Numbered from the stretch's first letter, positions 51,151 to 61,699 are shown. The stretch is DNA of 64,000 bases from an uncultured Syntrophomonadaceae bacterium (GCA_964506505.1 CAZDKY010000021.1:4010-68009); one strand, 5' to 3'. A program made the numbers and translations. The notes: generated by a model from the letters alone, not told the origin.

Positions 51151-52732
51151 CCGCGCCGATAAAATCCTTGAACAGGGGATGAGAGCGGGTAGGCCGTGAT
51201 TTGAACTCGGGATGGAACTGGACAGCAATAAACCAGGGATGATCTTTTAATTCGACCATCTCCACCAGGTTATCCTCTTCATTGATCCCGCTAAAAACCA
51301 TGCCGGCTTTTTCAAGAAGGGGAATAAAATCATTGTTGAACTCGTAACGATGCCTGTGCCGTTCGCTGACAATCTTTTCCCCGTAAGCTTTTTCAGCCAG
51401 GGTGCCGCTTTTGATCGTACAGGGATGGGCTCCGAGGCGCAGAGTCCCGCCAACCCGGGTTATTTCTTTCTGACCGGGCAGGTAGTCAATAACCGGGCCG
51501 GGAGTATCGGGATTAAATTCGGTGCTGTGAGCACCGGTTATCCCGGCCACATTGCGGGCGAATTCGATCACCGCACACTGCATCCCGAGACACAAGCCGA
51601 AAAATGGTATTTTGTTTTCCCTGGCCAGGCGAACAGCGTTGATTTTCCCTTCTATGCCCCGCTCTCCAAAACCACCCGGCACCAGGATGGCATCCATATT
51701 TTTCAATTGATCGCCGCCCTGGCCTGATTCCAGGCTTTCAGCAGGAATGAGAACCGTTTTTACATTGACATTGTGGGCCAAACCGGCATGGGACATGGCT
51801 TCATTAATGCTAATGTAAGCATCACGCAGGGATACATATTTGCCAACAAGACCAACGTTTATTTCCTCTTCAAAATTATGGGCCTGATGGACCAGGTCTT
51901 CCCACCGCTGCATATCTGAGCGTTGACTGGAGAGGTTCAGCTTCTCAAGAACCATCTGATCAAGATTTTGCTTTTGTAATAGCAAAGGCACCTCGTAAAT
52001 CACTTTGGTGCTGATGTTCTCCATTACTTCATGCGGCTGGATATTGCAAAAAAGGGCTATTTTCTTTTTCAGTTCGTCCGAAAGGGTATATTCTGTCCGG
52101 CAAACGATAATATCGGGCTGAATACCGATACTGCGCAGTTCCTTAACACTGTGCTGCGTCGGCTTAGTTTTCAGTTCCCCTGACATGGGCAGGTATGGGA
52201 CAAGGGTCACATGAATGAATATTACGTTTTCCCAGCCCAGGTCATATCGAAGCTGGCGAATAGCTTCCAGGAAGGGAAGGCTTTCGATGTCGCCGACTGT
52301 TCCTCCGATTTCTGTTATAACCACCTCGAGGTCGCGATGGCGATCCAGCTTGGTAATACAGTTTTTTATTTCATCAGTGATATGGGGAATAACCTGAACG
52401 GTGTTTCCATCGTAGAGACCATCCCTTTCACCCTGGATCACCGACCAGTAAATGCGACCCGCTGTAACATTGTTGTCACGGGTCAGGTGTTCATCGATAA
52501 AACGTTCGTAGTGACCAAGGTCAAGGTCTGTTTCCGCTCCGTCTTCGGTAACGAATACTTCCCCGTGCTGATAAGGGCTCATGGTCCCCGGGTCGTAGTT
52601 GATGTAGGGATCAAACTTCTGAATGGTCAGTTTTAATCCCCTGCTCTTCAACAGACATCCCAGGGAAGCTGCAGTGATCCCTTTGCCCAGTGATGAAACA
52701 ACGCCGCCGGTAACAAAAATATACTTAGTCAT
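51116..52732 (-). CDS. pyrG: CTP synthase
   Basis: [40 protein letters not shown]. Confidence 0.98.
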   Translation of the reverse strand: MTKYIFVTGGVVSSLGKGITAASLGCLLKSRGLKLTIQKFDPYINYDPGTMSPYQHGEVFVTEDGAETDLDLGHYERFIDEHLTRDNNVTAGRIYWSVIQGERDGLYDGNTVQVIPHITDEIKNCITKLDRHRDLEVVITEIGGTVGDIESLPFLEAIRQLRYDLGWENVIFIHVTLVPYLPMSGELKTKPTQHSVKELRSIGIQPDIIVCRTEYTLSDELKKKIALFCNIQPHEVMENISTKVIYEVPLLLQKQNLDQMVLEKLNLSSQRSDMQRWEDLVHQAHNFEEEINVGLVGKYVSLRDAYISINEAMSHAGLAHNVNVKTVLIPAESLESGQGGDQLKNMDAILVPGGFGERGIEGKINAVRLARENKIPFFGLCLGMQCAVIEFARNVAGITGAHSTEFNPDTPGPVIDYLPGQKEITRVGGTLRLGAHPCTIKSGTLAEKAYGEKIVSERHRHRYEFNNDFIPLLEKAGMVFSGINEEDNLVEMVELKDHPWFIAVQFHPEFKSRPTRSHPLFKDFIGAAIAYKKNRDLQ

Positions 52733-52778
52733 AAGCGCCCCCTTGCCTTAAGGATCCCTTTCAAACATTATGGTCTGC

Positions 52779-52988
52779 TCAGCAACTGCTGGAGCTGCTT
52801 AACGATCACCCACCGCTGCTAACCGGGGAAGAAAAACTTCCACCGGAAGCTCCGCTGGTTCTGAAAGTGGAAAACACTCTTGCCGATTCTTTCCCACAGT
52901 CAGGGCAACATACCTTTTTAACAGAGCTGCTACACAGCTCTTCAAACTTTTTATCGCACCTTGAACAATAAAATTCATATAGAGGCAT
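52779..52988 (-). CDS. FmdB-family zinc-ribbon protein, possibly Sec-extended
   Basis: MPLYEFYCSRC...CPDCG. The TGA at 52806-52808 is followed by SLSSSSSC and a SECIS-like hairpin; the conservative end is 52806. Confidence 0.75.
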
Positions 52989-53421
52989 GACTGCACCTCC
53001 TTCACTTATTTGTCATTGATTTATCCAGGGATGCCTGATATGCAATCCGGTGGAAAAGTTTCTGTAAGCTGAATGAGAAACAACTAGTCAGCTTCCACCG
53101 TTTTTATTTACTTAAGTCCGGCCTTTCAATCTCTTTCTTTTTTTAGCCCGTCTTCTTTTTTTCCGCTGTCTTTTAAGTTGTTTTCTCGTTTTTTCATGTG
53201 CCATAGTATGTAGCATTCCCCTCCTTTGCTTTGATTTCAGGTATTATAATGGCTGTAAAGCCTTAAAACCCATGTGTAATTATAACACTGCTTAGCCGGT
53301 GAAAAAAGAGTTATTTTTTTTAACTCGAAATACCATGTTATTTAGAAAGGAAAAAAAAGGCCAACAGAGAAAGATTAATAATATAATAAATTATAACAGT
53401 TAAGTGGGGAGGAACAAGTTG

Positions 53422-55641
53422 ATGGAAATAAGCCAGAATGCCCGGATTACTTATGAAAAGCGTTATTTAATCAAAGATGAAAAGGGCAACCCGGTTGAAA
53501 CTCCGGAAGATTTGCTACGCAGGGTAGCGTCCAATATTGCCCTGGTGGAAAAAGAATACGGGAAAAACGAAGATGAAATCAAGGCGATAGAAGAGAAATT
53601 TTTCACCATTATGTCCGAGGCTCTTTTTATGCCCAATTCTCCCACGCTGATGAATGCAGGCCGAGAGCTACAGCAACTGAGTGCCTGCTTTGTCCTCCCA
53701 CTTGAAGATAGTATGGAAGGCATCTTTACCGCACTGAAAAATATGGCCCTGGTCCAGAAAACCGGCGGAGGGACAGGATTCTCCTTCGATCGCCTGAGGC
53801 CCAGTAATGATATTGTCAAGTCAACCAACGGTGTGGCCAGTGGTCCCATATCCTTTCTAAAAATATTTGACGCCGCTACTGAAGCAGTTAAACAGGGCGG
53901 AACTAGACGCGGAGCTAACATGGGATCTCTTATCTATAATCACCCAAACATAATTGAATTCATTTGCTGCAAGGAAAAAGAAGACGAAGTCAACAACTTC
54001 AATTTATCAGTCACTGTATCCGACGAATTCATGCGCAAAGCAACCGGTGAAGATCCAGACCCTCTCTATACCCTGATCAACCCCCGTACCAGGCAGCCCT
54101 ATCTCGATCCTGAGAGTGACAATGAGGTCCAGCTCGATGCCCGTGAAATCTTTGATCTGATTGTCCAGAAGGCCTGGGGAAAGGGCGATCCAGGAATTAT
54201 TTTTATTGAACAGATGAACCGCTTCAACCCCACCCCACAAATTGGCCTTTATGAAACAACCAACCCCTGCGGCGAACAACCGCTGCTTCCTTACGAAGCC
54301 TGCTGTCTTGGTTCCCTGAACCTGGGCAAATTTGTTAAACAGGATCAACGGATTGATTTTGAACACCTGGCAGAAATAGTTCAAATTGCCGTCCGATTTC
54401 TGGATAATGTAATTGATGCCAGCAATTATGTAATTCCAGAAATCGCTAAAATGCACAAGGAGGGCAACCGCAAGATCGGCCTGGGGATCATGGGCTGGCA
54501 TGATATGCTGGTCCGCCTGGGCCTTAATTACGATAGTGAAGAAGCACTTGAAACAGCTGAAAAAGTCGTATCTTTCATCAACAGCGAGGCCAAGAAGGAA
54601 TCGGTTAAACTTGCTGCAGAAAGAGGCACATTCCCCAATTTCAAGAACAGCGTATACGACACCGGCAGGGAAGAAGATCACGTTCGCAATGCGACCAGGA
54701 CTACCATTGCTCCTACCGGGACCATTTCCATCCTGGCCGGAGCCAGCAGTGGTATTGAACCTTATTTCAGCATTGCTTTCATTCGTAAAAATATCCTTGG
54801 CGGAGTTGATTTACCCGAAGTCAATCCGCTATTCCTTGAAATAGCAGAAAAAGAAAGTTTCTACAGTGATGAACTGATCCGTGAGATCGCCGTCAGCGGG
54901 AAAATACCCGCCGATGCCAGTGTTCCCGAAAAATACAAGGACCTTTTCAAAACAGCCATGGATATCGATTACAGTTGGCATGTCAGACATCAGGCTATAT
55001 TCCAAAAATATACAGACAATGCCGTCAGTAAAACAATCAACCTGAGCAAAGATGCTACGGTAGATGATGTAAAAAATGCATACATAACAGCCTGGGAAGC
55101 CGGTTGTAAAGGCATAACTATCTATCGAGACACTTCGCGGACCAAGCAGGTGCTAAATGTCGGAGACGGCAACCCTGAAGAAAACCTCAAACCGATCGAG
55201 CGGCCAAAAACCCTGAGCGGACGCACCACAAGCATTCGGACAGCCCTGGGCAATCTCTTTGTCACCGTCAATACCGCCGATGGCAAACCTTTTGAACTCT
55301 TCGCCCAGATCGGCAAGGCAGGAAGTGATGTCATTGCTTTTACCGAAGCGATCGCCCGCCTCATTTCGCTGGCCCTGCGTTGCGGTGTAAGCGTCGACGA
55401 AATTGTTACCCAGCTTGAAGGAATCGGCGGTGCCCGTTCAGTTGGATTCGGTCCGAACCGGATCATGAGTGTACCAGATGCTGTTGGCCAGGCTCTCCAC
55501 AAACTGGCCAGCGCTGAAAGCAACAATGTTATTCAGGGTCACAGCGAAAATCGTGAAATCTGTCCTGAATGCGGCACATGCGCCCTCGTCAGAGTTGAAG
55601 GCTGCCTGAAATGTGAAGCATGTGGTTATAGCGAATGTTGA
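53422..55641 (+). CDS. nrdJ: Adenosylcobalamin-dependent class II ribonucleotide reductase with C-terminal TSCPD/zinc ribbon
   Basis: PNSPTLMNAG, LSACFV, TNPCGEQPL, TIAPTGTIS, CEACGYSEC. Confidence 0.95.
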   Translation: MEISQNARITYEKRYLIKDEKGNPVETPEDLLRRVASNIALVEKEYGKNEDEIKAIEEKFFTIMSEALFMPNSPTLMNAGRELQQLSACFVLPLEDSMEGIFTALKNMALVQKTGGGTGFSFDRLRPSNDIVKSTNGVASGPISFLKIFDAATEAVKQGGTRRGANMGSLIYNHPNIIEFICCKEKEDEVNNFNLSVTVSDEFMRKATGEDPDPLYTLINPRTRQPYLDPESDNEVQLDAREIFDLIVQKAWGKGDPGIIFIEQMNRFNPTPQIGLYETTNPCGEQPLLPYEACCLGSLNLGKFVKQDQRIDFEHLAEIVQIAVRFLDNVIDASNYVIPEIAKMHKEGNRKIGLGIMGWHDMLVRLGLNYDSEEALETAEKVVSFINSEAKKESVKLAAERGTFPNFKNSVYDTGREEDHVRNATRTTIAPTGTISILAGASSGIEPYFSIAFIRKNILGGVDLPEVNPLFLEIAEKESFYSDELIREIAVSGKIPADASVPEKYKDLFKTAMDIDYSWHVRHQAIFQKYTDNAVSKTINLSKDATVDDVKNAYITAWEAGCKGITIYRDTSRTKQVLNVGDGNPEENLKPIERPKTLSGRTTSIRTALGNLFVTVNTADGKPFELFAQIGKAGSDVIAFTEAIARLISLALRCGVSVDEIVTQLEGIGGARSVGFGPNRIMSVPDAVGQALHKLASAESNNVIQGHSENREICPECGTCALVRVEGCLKCEACGYSEC

Positions 55642-55812
55642 GAATGTGCAAATATTTAATAATTATTTACGTATAAAAAAAGGAAATTTGACCTATATGT
55701 AGAATTACTGGTAATTGACAATTGAGATACTGCTTTTCAGTAATCAGACCGATGATCGATTTGCAGCAACAAGCCGGATCTACCGGCTGAAGTTTACTGC
55801 GGGAGAACTGCC

Positions 55813-56460
55813 ATGGCCAGTGAAAACGAGGATAAAGTCAGGAAAATTGAAGGGATTATTTCACAAATCCAGGGAGTTGTGTCCGGACGTCTGGTTTGTG
55901 AAGATGACAAGATTATAGAGATTCACGTTCTTGCCGATTCGACCAGGTCCCCAAAACAGGTTGTCCGGGATATTGAATCGGCCGTTCTGATAAAACTGGG
56001 TATTGAGCTCGATCGTAAACAGATCAGCGTAGCCCAATTGGAACCGGGAGTGGCTCCTCCTCCTTCCAGCGGGATCAGACTTCTGCTGAAAAGTATTAAT
56101 TACAAGACTGAAAACGGCCAGGCCACGGTGAATGTAGTAATAAGCAGCGAGGATGCCCAGTTTTCTGCAACGGCTGCCGGTCAAAACAACCGGCAGAATC
56201 GTCTGCGTCTGACAGCATCAGCGACACTTTCAGCAATTGAACAATATCTCAAAGTGGACAACATTTTGTTTGTCGGCGACATTCAGGGGACTGCCCTGTA
56301 CGGTTGTGAACTGGTTATTGTCGCCGTGTGCCTGCATCTGGATAACCGTGAGGAAATTCTGCTGGGTACAGCTCTGAACAGAGGTGACGATCTCGAATCG
56401 GCTGTCCGGGCCTCCCTGGATGCTATAAACAGAAGGCTCTCAGTATTTACCCATAGTTAA
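55813..56460 (+). CDS. Conserved hypothetical cytoplasmic protein upstream of the peptide/HD-GYP/DUF5317 genes
   Basis: Clean 215-aa ORF with RBS; IEIHVLA...RSPKQVVRDIES and AVRASLDAINRR segments. Confidence 0.7.
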   Translation: MASENEDKVRKIEGIISQIQGVVSGRLVCEDDKIIEIHVLADSTRSPKQVVRDIESAVLIKLGIELDRKQISVAQLEPGVAPPPSSGIRLLLKSINYKTENGQATVNVVISSEDAQFSATAAGQNNRQNRLRLTASATLSAIEQYLKVDNILFVGDIQGTALYGCELVIVAVCLHLDNREEILLGTALNRGDDLESAVRASLDAINRRLSVFTHS

Positions 56461-56582
56461 AAATTTGAAGCCGGCGGCGGTTATAACACAGGGATTATTT
56501 TTTATACGAACGGAATCATAGCGGAGCGTTGCCAGCGGCTATAGCGGAAAACCGCTGAGCACCTGGAAAAGGGGGCTATCCC

Positions 56583-56660
56583 ATGAAGCTCACCCTGATA
56601 AAGGCGCTCATCGCACTGTCCGGCCTGATTCTCGCCGGTGCTGCGGTTTATAAGTGGTAA
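56583..56660 (+). CDS. Unannotated 25-aa peptide MKLTLIKALIALSGLILAGAAVYKW
   Basis: RBS AAGGGGG 7 nt upstream of ATG; basic N-terminus, hydrophobic core, AGA then AVYKW; ends TAA-TAA. Confidence 0.7.
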   Translation: MKLTLIKALIALSGLILAGAAVYKW

Positions 56661-56721
56661 TAAGAGAAAATTAACTGCCGGCCGGTTTCAAATATATCAT
56701 CAGCAGGAGAGCCTTATAACA

Positions 56722-58041
56722 ATGGATAATCATATTCCCGTAAAAGCTCAGATTTTCATCACTTTACTTGCAGGAAGTACCGCTGCCATAATCGCATACG
56801 CGGCATCGGTAATGGACTGGAGCAAAGTAGAGTGGTTCCCGATTTTGGTTTTCCTGCTGTTACTTATCTTTTCTGATGTTTTTCCCGTTACCCTTCCCCG
56901 CGGTGGAAGTGTAACGGTAAGTTTTGCCACAATTGCTGCTTCTGTTCTTCTTTTTCAACCCTTGATAGTAATTGGAATTGCTGTTTCCTATGAATTATAT
57001 TTATTAATAAAAGATCAACCCCGTATAAAACATATCTTTAATATTTCTCAACTGGCAACCTCTACAGGGATCGCAGCGTTGCTTTATCAACAGTTATCAC
57101 CGACAACTTCCAATCTCTCTTTAAATCATTTCACCGCTTATATTGCTTCAGTGATCGTTTTTTTTATCTTAAACAGTGCTTTCGTTACCCTGATTTTAGC
57201 ACTTGTTCAGGAAGAAAAACCTCTTAATGTCTGGAGATTAAACCTTAAATGGAGTGCACTAACATTCCTGAGCATGGCTCCCCTGGGAGGGTTGATTGCT
57301 GTAATTTATATTAATATTGGTTTCTGGGGCCTGGTTCTTTTCCTGCTGCCGTTAATCCTGGCCCGCCATTCTTTCCAAACATACATGAATATGAGGCAGA
57401 CCTTCCTTGACACCATTAAAAGTCTTTCTGTAGCCATTGATGCCAAAGATCCTTACACTAAAGGCCATTCCTCACGGGTAGCAGATTATGTTGTCTCCCT
57501 GGCCCGCGAACTGAAATGGCCGGAAGATCGGGTTGAATTCATACAATATATATCCCTCATTCATGATGTGGGCAAGGTGGCCGTTCCTGAAGATATCCTA
57601 AAAAAATCCAGCCTGTTGTCCAAGGAAGAATTTGCCGTGATGAAAACCCACAGTGAAGCAGGAGCCAATATTTTGAAAGGGATTAAATATTTTTCCACAG
57701 GTGTCGATATCATCAGGCATCATCATGAACGCTGGGATGGAAATGGCTACCCCGATAAAATCGCCGGAGAAGAGATTCCCGAAGGAGCTCGAATCCTGGC
57801 CGTGGCTGATGCTTTCGATGCCATGACCAGCGATCGACCCTATCGTAAATCGCTTAGCTACGAGGTGGCTCTGCGGGAACTGCAGGACTGTGCTGGGACC
57901 CAATTTGATCCTAAAATTGTCAATGCTTTTATTAAGATATATCCACAAATCAAGGACAACTTGTCTGAAGAACCCGACGAAGAAAAATATGAAGAGTACC
58001 TGACAGAGAAAAATATCTGTGCCAAAACCACCTATCACTAA
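56722..58041 (+). CDS. Multi-TM sensor domain + HD-GYP cyclic dinucleotide phosphodiesterase
   Basis: About 7 TM segments, then DAKDPYTKGHS, HDVGK, HHERWDGNGYP, ADAFDAMTSDRPYR. Start ATG 56722 (RBS CAGGAG). Confidence 0.9.
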   Translation: MDNHIPVKAQIFITLLAGSTAAIIAYAASVMDWSKVEWFPILVFLLLLIFSDVFPVTLPRGGSVTVSFATIAASVLLFQPLIVIGIAVSYELYLLIKDQPRIKHIFNISQLATSTGIAALLYQQLSPTTSNLSLNHFTAYIASVIVFFILNSAFVTLILALVQEEKPLNVWRLNLKWSALTFLSMAPLGGLIAVIYINIGFWGLVLFLLPLILARHSFQTYMNMRQTFLDTIKSLSVAIDAKDPYTKGHSSRVADYVVSLARELKWPEDRVEFIQYISLIHDVGKVAVPEDILKKSSLLSKEEFAVMKTHSEAGANILKGIKYFSTGVDIIRHHHERWDGNGYPDKIAGEEIPEGARILAVADAFDAMTSDRPYRKSLSYEVALRELQDCAGTQFDPKIVNAFIKIYPQIKDNLSEEPDEEKYEEYLTEKNICAKTTYH

Positions 58042-58074
58042 GACTTACCTTAAATATTCAGGGGAGGCTGATTA

Positions 58075-58626
58075 TTGCTCTGGGAAGCAGTTTTACTGGG
58101 GTTGGCTATTGGCTGGTTCCGGAAAGGTTCATCCAAAAATTTAAACCATGTGAATCTAATAGGATGGCCAATAATAATTTTAGCTCTTTTGATTCAGGCA
58201 ATCATTCGCCTTGACTTCGCTTATTTTGATGGTACTTTCGAATTACTCTATTCATACTTCTATGTTTTTTCTTTTGTTTTTCTTCTTGTTGTTGTATTTT
58301 TGCAAGAAAAGCAGACTGGAATCATTATTTTTGGGCTTGGCATTCTTCTTAACCTGCTGGTGATAACTGCCAATGAGGGCAGAATGCCCGTAAATCCTTC
58401 TGAAATGCCACTCCAAAAAGCTAATGAATTAAGTTCGGGAACAGCAAGTCCCTTCCATACAGTCATGGATGAGGATTCGTGGCTGGCATTCCTCGGTGAT
58501 CACATTTCTTTGCCTTACAGTAAAAACAGATTAATCAGCATCGGTGACATTATTCTCGGGGCCGGCATTGCAATTTACATTCAGCATAACATGCTGAAAA
58601 AAAATAAATTAAGAAAATGGCGTTAA
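58075..58626 (+). CDS. DUF5317 family membrane protein
   Basis: NLLVITANEGRMPV, FLGDHI, ISIGDII motifs. Confidence 0.8.
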   Translation: MLWEAVLLGLAIGWFRKGSSKNLNHVNLIGWPIIILALLIQAIIRLDFAYFDGTFELLYSYFYVFSFVFLLVVVFLQEKQTGIIIFGLGILLNLLVITANEGRMPVNPSEMPLQKANELSSGTASPFHTVMDEDSWLAFLGDHISLPYSKNRLISIGDIILGAGIAIYIQHNMLKKNKLRKWR

Positions 58627-59127
58627 AATTGCTCCCCAGTTGCCGTTATTTTTGCCTTATTCAAATCGTACATTATTCTCAATTGGCAAAAAGTTTAACT
58701 AAAATAGATCATAAAATTATGTATGTTGGTAAAAATTGCATACAAAAAATGGCAGGGAACGCTCAATTAGGACAAAAAATGACCACCCGAAGGGGTGGTC
58801 GTTATCTTAAAAAGCCTTATTTCATGGTGCCGGAGACCCGTCCCCTATAGTTTGCACTGAACATGGACCTAAAATATTACTACAAGTTTAAACAAGTCAG
58901 GAGGGAGACTTGGTTTGAAATGTATAGTTTTAATTAAATTTTGATTCTGTTTGTTTCCAAGAACTAACCATATCGCTTGCAATGATTATTGAGCAAATCA
59001 TACTTATTAACTTAATTTATATATTATTAGACTTCATGAAGCCAGCTTCACCATCCGATGGATGTAAATGGTAATTTGCATTTTCAGGATAGTTTCTAAG
59101 TTTATACTTAAATTCATTATCAATAGG

Positions 59128-59553
59128 TCAATCTATATTTTTATTTTCTCTTTTAATTTTTTTTACTAATATAGGCATATACTCTTCTTTATTTTGATAT
59201 TTAATACGTATTGAATATCTTCCTAATTCTTTTATGCCAAAATTCGTTAGACAAACTATCAGATTAGCTTCTGAATCTATATCACTATTTATCATTTGCT
59301 TTATATCTATTTTTGCTTTTGCAATCTCATTTATTACTTCATTATCTTCTCCCATTAAATCAATTATAACATCATTCTTCCCTCTATCTGACTCTTCAAG
59401 CTTAAACTTGAGAACAATATACATCTTAGCATGTTTTGCTGGCAAATTACTCACATGTATAGTATCAAATATTCCTATTATACTTATTTTCCCACTATTA
59501 TCCGTTAAAGCATAATCACAAGTTAATGCTATTCTAAGCTTCACAGTTTTCAT
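59128..59553 (-). CDS. DUF6941-like beta-sandwich protein
   Basis: CDYALTDNSGKISIIGIFD...GRYSIRI pattern. Confidence 0.55.
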   Translation of the reverse strand: MKTVKLRIALTCDYALTDNSGKISIIGIFDTIHVSNLPAKHAKMYIVLKFKLEESDRGKNDVIIDLMGEDNEVINEIAKAKIDIKQMINSDIDSEANLIVCLTNFGIKELGRYSIRIKYQNKEEYMPILVKKIKRENKNID

Positions 59554-59941
59554 CCCCTTCGTAGTTTACTTCTATTATTTCTTTTTTAAAATCTTTATCT
59601 TTTAAAGCTGTATCTACCGTATCTATTGAATCAGAATAACTTTCAGCTTTTATATTCTTTATTTCTGATCCTAAAACATACCTAAATATACAAAATAACA
59701 AAAGAAACAGTATTGTAAAGACTAAAACAATGTCATGCATGAAATTGTAATACTTAACATTTTCTATTTCTGCTAACAAATATTTTGCCGGTAAAAAATA
59801 TGACAGGTAAACTCCTAAAAGAATCATAAATATTGATAGAAATATTTCACACCAAATGTTCTTTTGACTTATACTATTTATTTCTGTCTCTAATATTTCA
59901 TATTGCTTAATGTTTCTAGTTAATTTTTTTAAATAAGCCAT
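59534..59941 (-). CDS. Hypothetical two-TM protein
   Basis: Two hydrophobic helices; overlaps the downstream ORF. Confidence 0.55.
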   Translation of the reverse strand: MAYLKKLTRNIKQYEILETEINSISQKNIWCEIFLSIFMILLGVYLSYFLPAKYLLAEIENVKYYNFMHDIVLVFTILFLLLFCIFRYVLGSEIKNIKAESYSDSIDTVDTALKDKDFKKEIIEVNYEGDENCEA

Positions 59942-60127
59942 GAAATAGTCCTGCTTTCATTTATTAATCATATTAGCTTTAAAAATATATTTCGTTTTTA
60001 AATAACGTATTCTAATTTTTGTGTTTCCATCTATTCAGTTTTCTTCATCACAATATATTCATTAACTTCTATGAGTATTTTAGTGATGGCATCTGGCTAT
60101 CTATTTCAATTAAATATAAACTTACCT

Positions 60128-61699
60128 CTATTTATCTTTAAAACCACCTAAAAGAGTACTATTGAAACGTCCTGTTTTTGCCAATAGCCCCAAAGGGAAT
60201 GGTTCATCCTGCCTCTTATTATCAGGACTACTCCATTTTTCTGCCAAGTTTTTTAGCTCCTTCGCTGTAATTAAAACAATATTCCTATTAATATTATCAG
60301 CGGTGTAGCTTAAAGCAGTTCTTTCAGATTCTTCAGTAAACCCTGGGGCAATAACCAGAAATATTGGTACGGGCTTGTTAGCTTTTTCCATGTATTGATG
60401 AAATTGATTAATGTGCTGTTTTAAATCAACAAGACCGGGATGTTCTTTACTTTTGTTATCCCACATAACATACATATCTTTGAAACTTAACAAGCCATCA
60501 GGATTGTTTGAACCAGCTTGTTTCAGAGGTGTATGATTCAGTTTATTTTGAAACAAATAGGAAGTTGCTTCCTCAAACTTTGATTCTATCTCCAGGTCTT
60601 TTGAAATAATGTTATGTGCACGAAGCACTGAATGATCGCGGAATGCAAGCTCTTCAAACATCTCGTAACAGACTACTCTTTCATCTTCACGTACAGGTGC
60701 TGTTTGTCTAAGTGAGTCATAATATGAGATTATTCTTTGAATGCGCTCCTGTTTTGTTCCTCCCACCGGTAAATCTAAGCTTGAACACCATTTATGTAAA
60801 TCGTCATTGCTAAGACCATCCTTTGGCGTAACCCCTCCTATGAGCACACTTGGCTTTATATGTTCAATTACTTTGTCAGCTAAAACTTCTAATGAATCAC
60901 TGTTATTAAATGATATACTGGCTTTTTCGAGGGCAGTTTGGAGATACTTTTTCTTATATACTAATTTATTGCGTATTAATATTGAATAATTAGGTGTTTT
61001 TATTTCTCTTTCTAATACTTCATTCATCACTGTTGCAAGTTCTTCAGGAATTAGATCTAAATCATTTCCTTTCTCATCACGAATAGGAAATAATAACCCT
61101 AATGTATGTAAATACCTGCGAACATCAAGTATTTCACTCCTACTATGAATATCATTGTTCAGTTTAGGAAACTTACCAAGCTTAGCTTCTAAAACCTTAT
61201 GATTCGTCTCACTTACATTAAGCTTATCACGGAATTTCCTAAGAAGATTAACTTCATCAGGACTCTTTGAATCCTCATATTCCCATGCGACTTTTAAAAT
61301 ATAAAAATATAGCTCCAACTCTTTTTGTCGATGGCTATCTTTATGAGAGACAAGGTCTGAGATATCTATTTCATTTGACATATTTACTATATTCTGTTCA
61401 ATCGCCATAACTTTTTCTTCTAATTCTCCAGCATTTATTATATAACCATCTTCGTTAAGCATAACATCCTCAATTATAATCTGGCTTATCGTTCTATAAT
61501 CTATACATTCGTTTTTATAGAAAGCTGTATCAAGGTTTGATTGAACAGTTTCAAGATGAAGGTACTGTGGCTTAACTTTTATGAGAGCTTTTCTCAACTC
61601 TTCTTCATTTAAGTTGCGATGGTCAACTACATGAGCAGAAGCAACCCTACGAAGATCCAAAACCGTGCCAATGGCCATAACAGCATCATCAAACTTCAT
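60128..61699 (-). CDS. Hypothetical protein with SAP-like motif and C-terminal PD-(D/E)xK nuclease-like domain
   Basis: LSNDDLHKWCSSLDLPVGGTKQERIQRI; KFEEAT...PDGLL...WDNKS. Confidence 0.6.
   Translation of the reverse strand: MKFDDAVMAIGTVLDLRRVASAHVVDHRNLNEEELRKALIKVKPQYLHLETVQSNLDTAFYKNECIDYRTISQIIIEDVMLNEDGYIINAGELEEKVMAIEQNIVNMSNEIDISDLVSHKDSHRQKELELYFYILKVAWEYEDSKSPDEVNLLRKFRDKLNVSETNHKVLEAKLGKFPKLNNDIHSRSEILDVRRYLHTLGLLFPIRDEKGNDLDLIPEELATVMNEVLEREIKTPNYSILIRNKLVYKKKYLQTALEKASISFNNSDSLEVLADKVIEHIKPSVLIGGVTPKDGLSNDDLHKWCSSLDLPVGGTKQERIQRIISYYDSLRQTAPVREDERVVCYEMFEELAFRDHSVLRAHNIISKDLEIESKFEEATSYLFQNKLNHTPLKQAGSNNPDGLLSFKDMYVMWDNKSKEHPGLVDLKQHINQFHQYMEKANKPVPIFLVIAPGFTEESERTALSYTADNINRNIVLITAKELKNLAEKWSSPDNKRQDEPFPLGLLAKTGRFNSTLLGGFKDK

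Noticed and set aside
52764-52781. Second Sec at the FmdB TGA 52779-52781
   Set aside because: No convincing SECIS-like hairpin at the right spacing; treated as the true stop.
53128-53217. 29-aa charged sORF with AAGGAGG RBS upstream of the FmdB gene
   Set aside because: Low-complexity Lys/Glu sequence with no recognisable motif; real translation cannot be supported.
59017-59130. UGA readthrough of the DUF6941-like ORF (36 further open codons)
   Set aside because: No SECIS-like hairpin and no redox-motif context; AT-rich island DNA.
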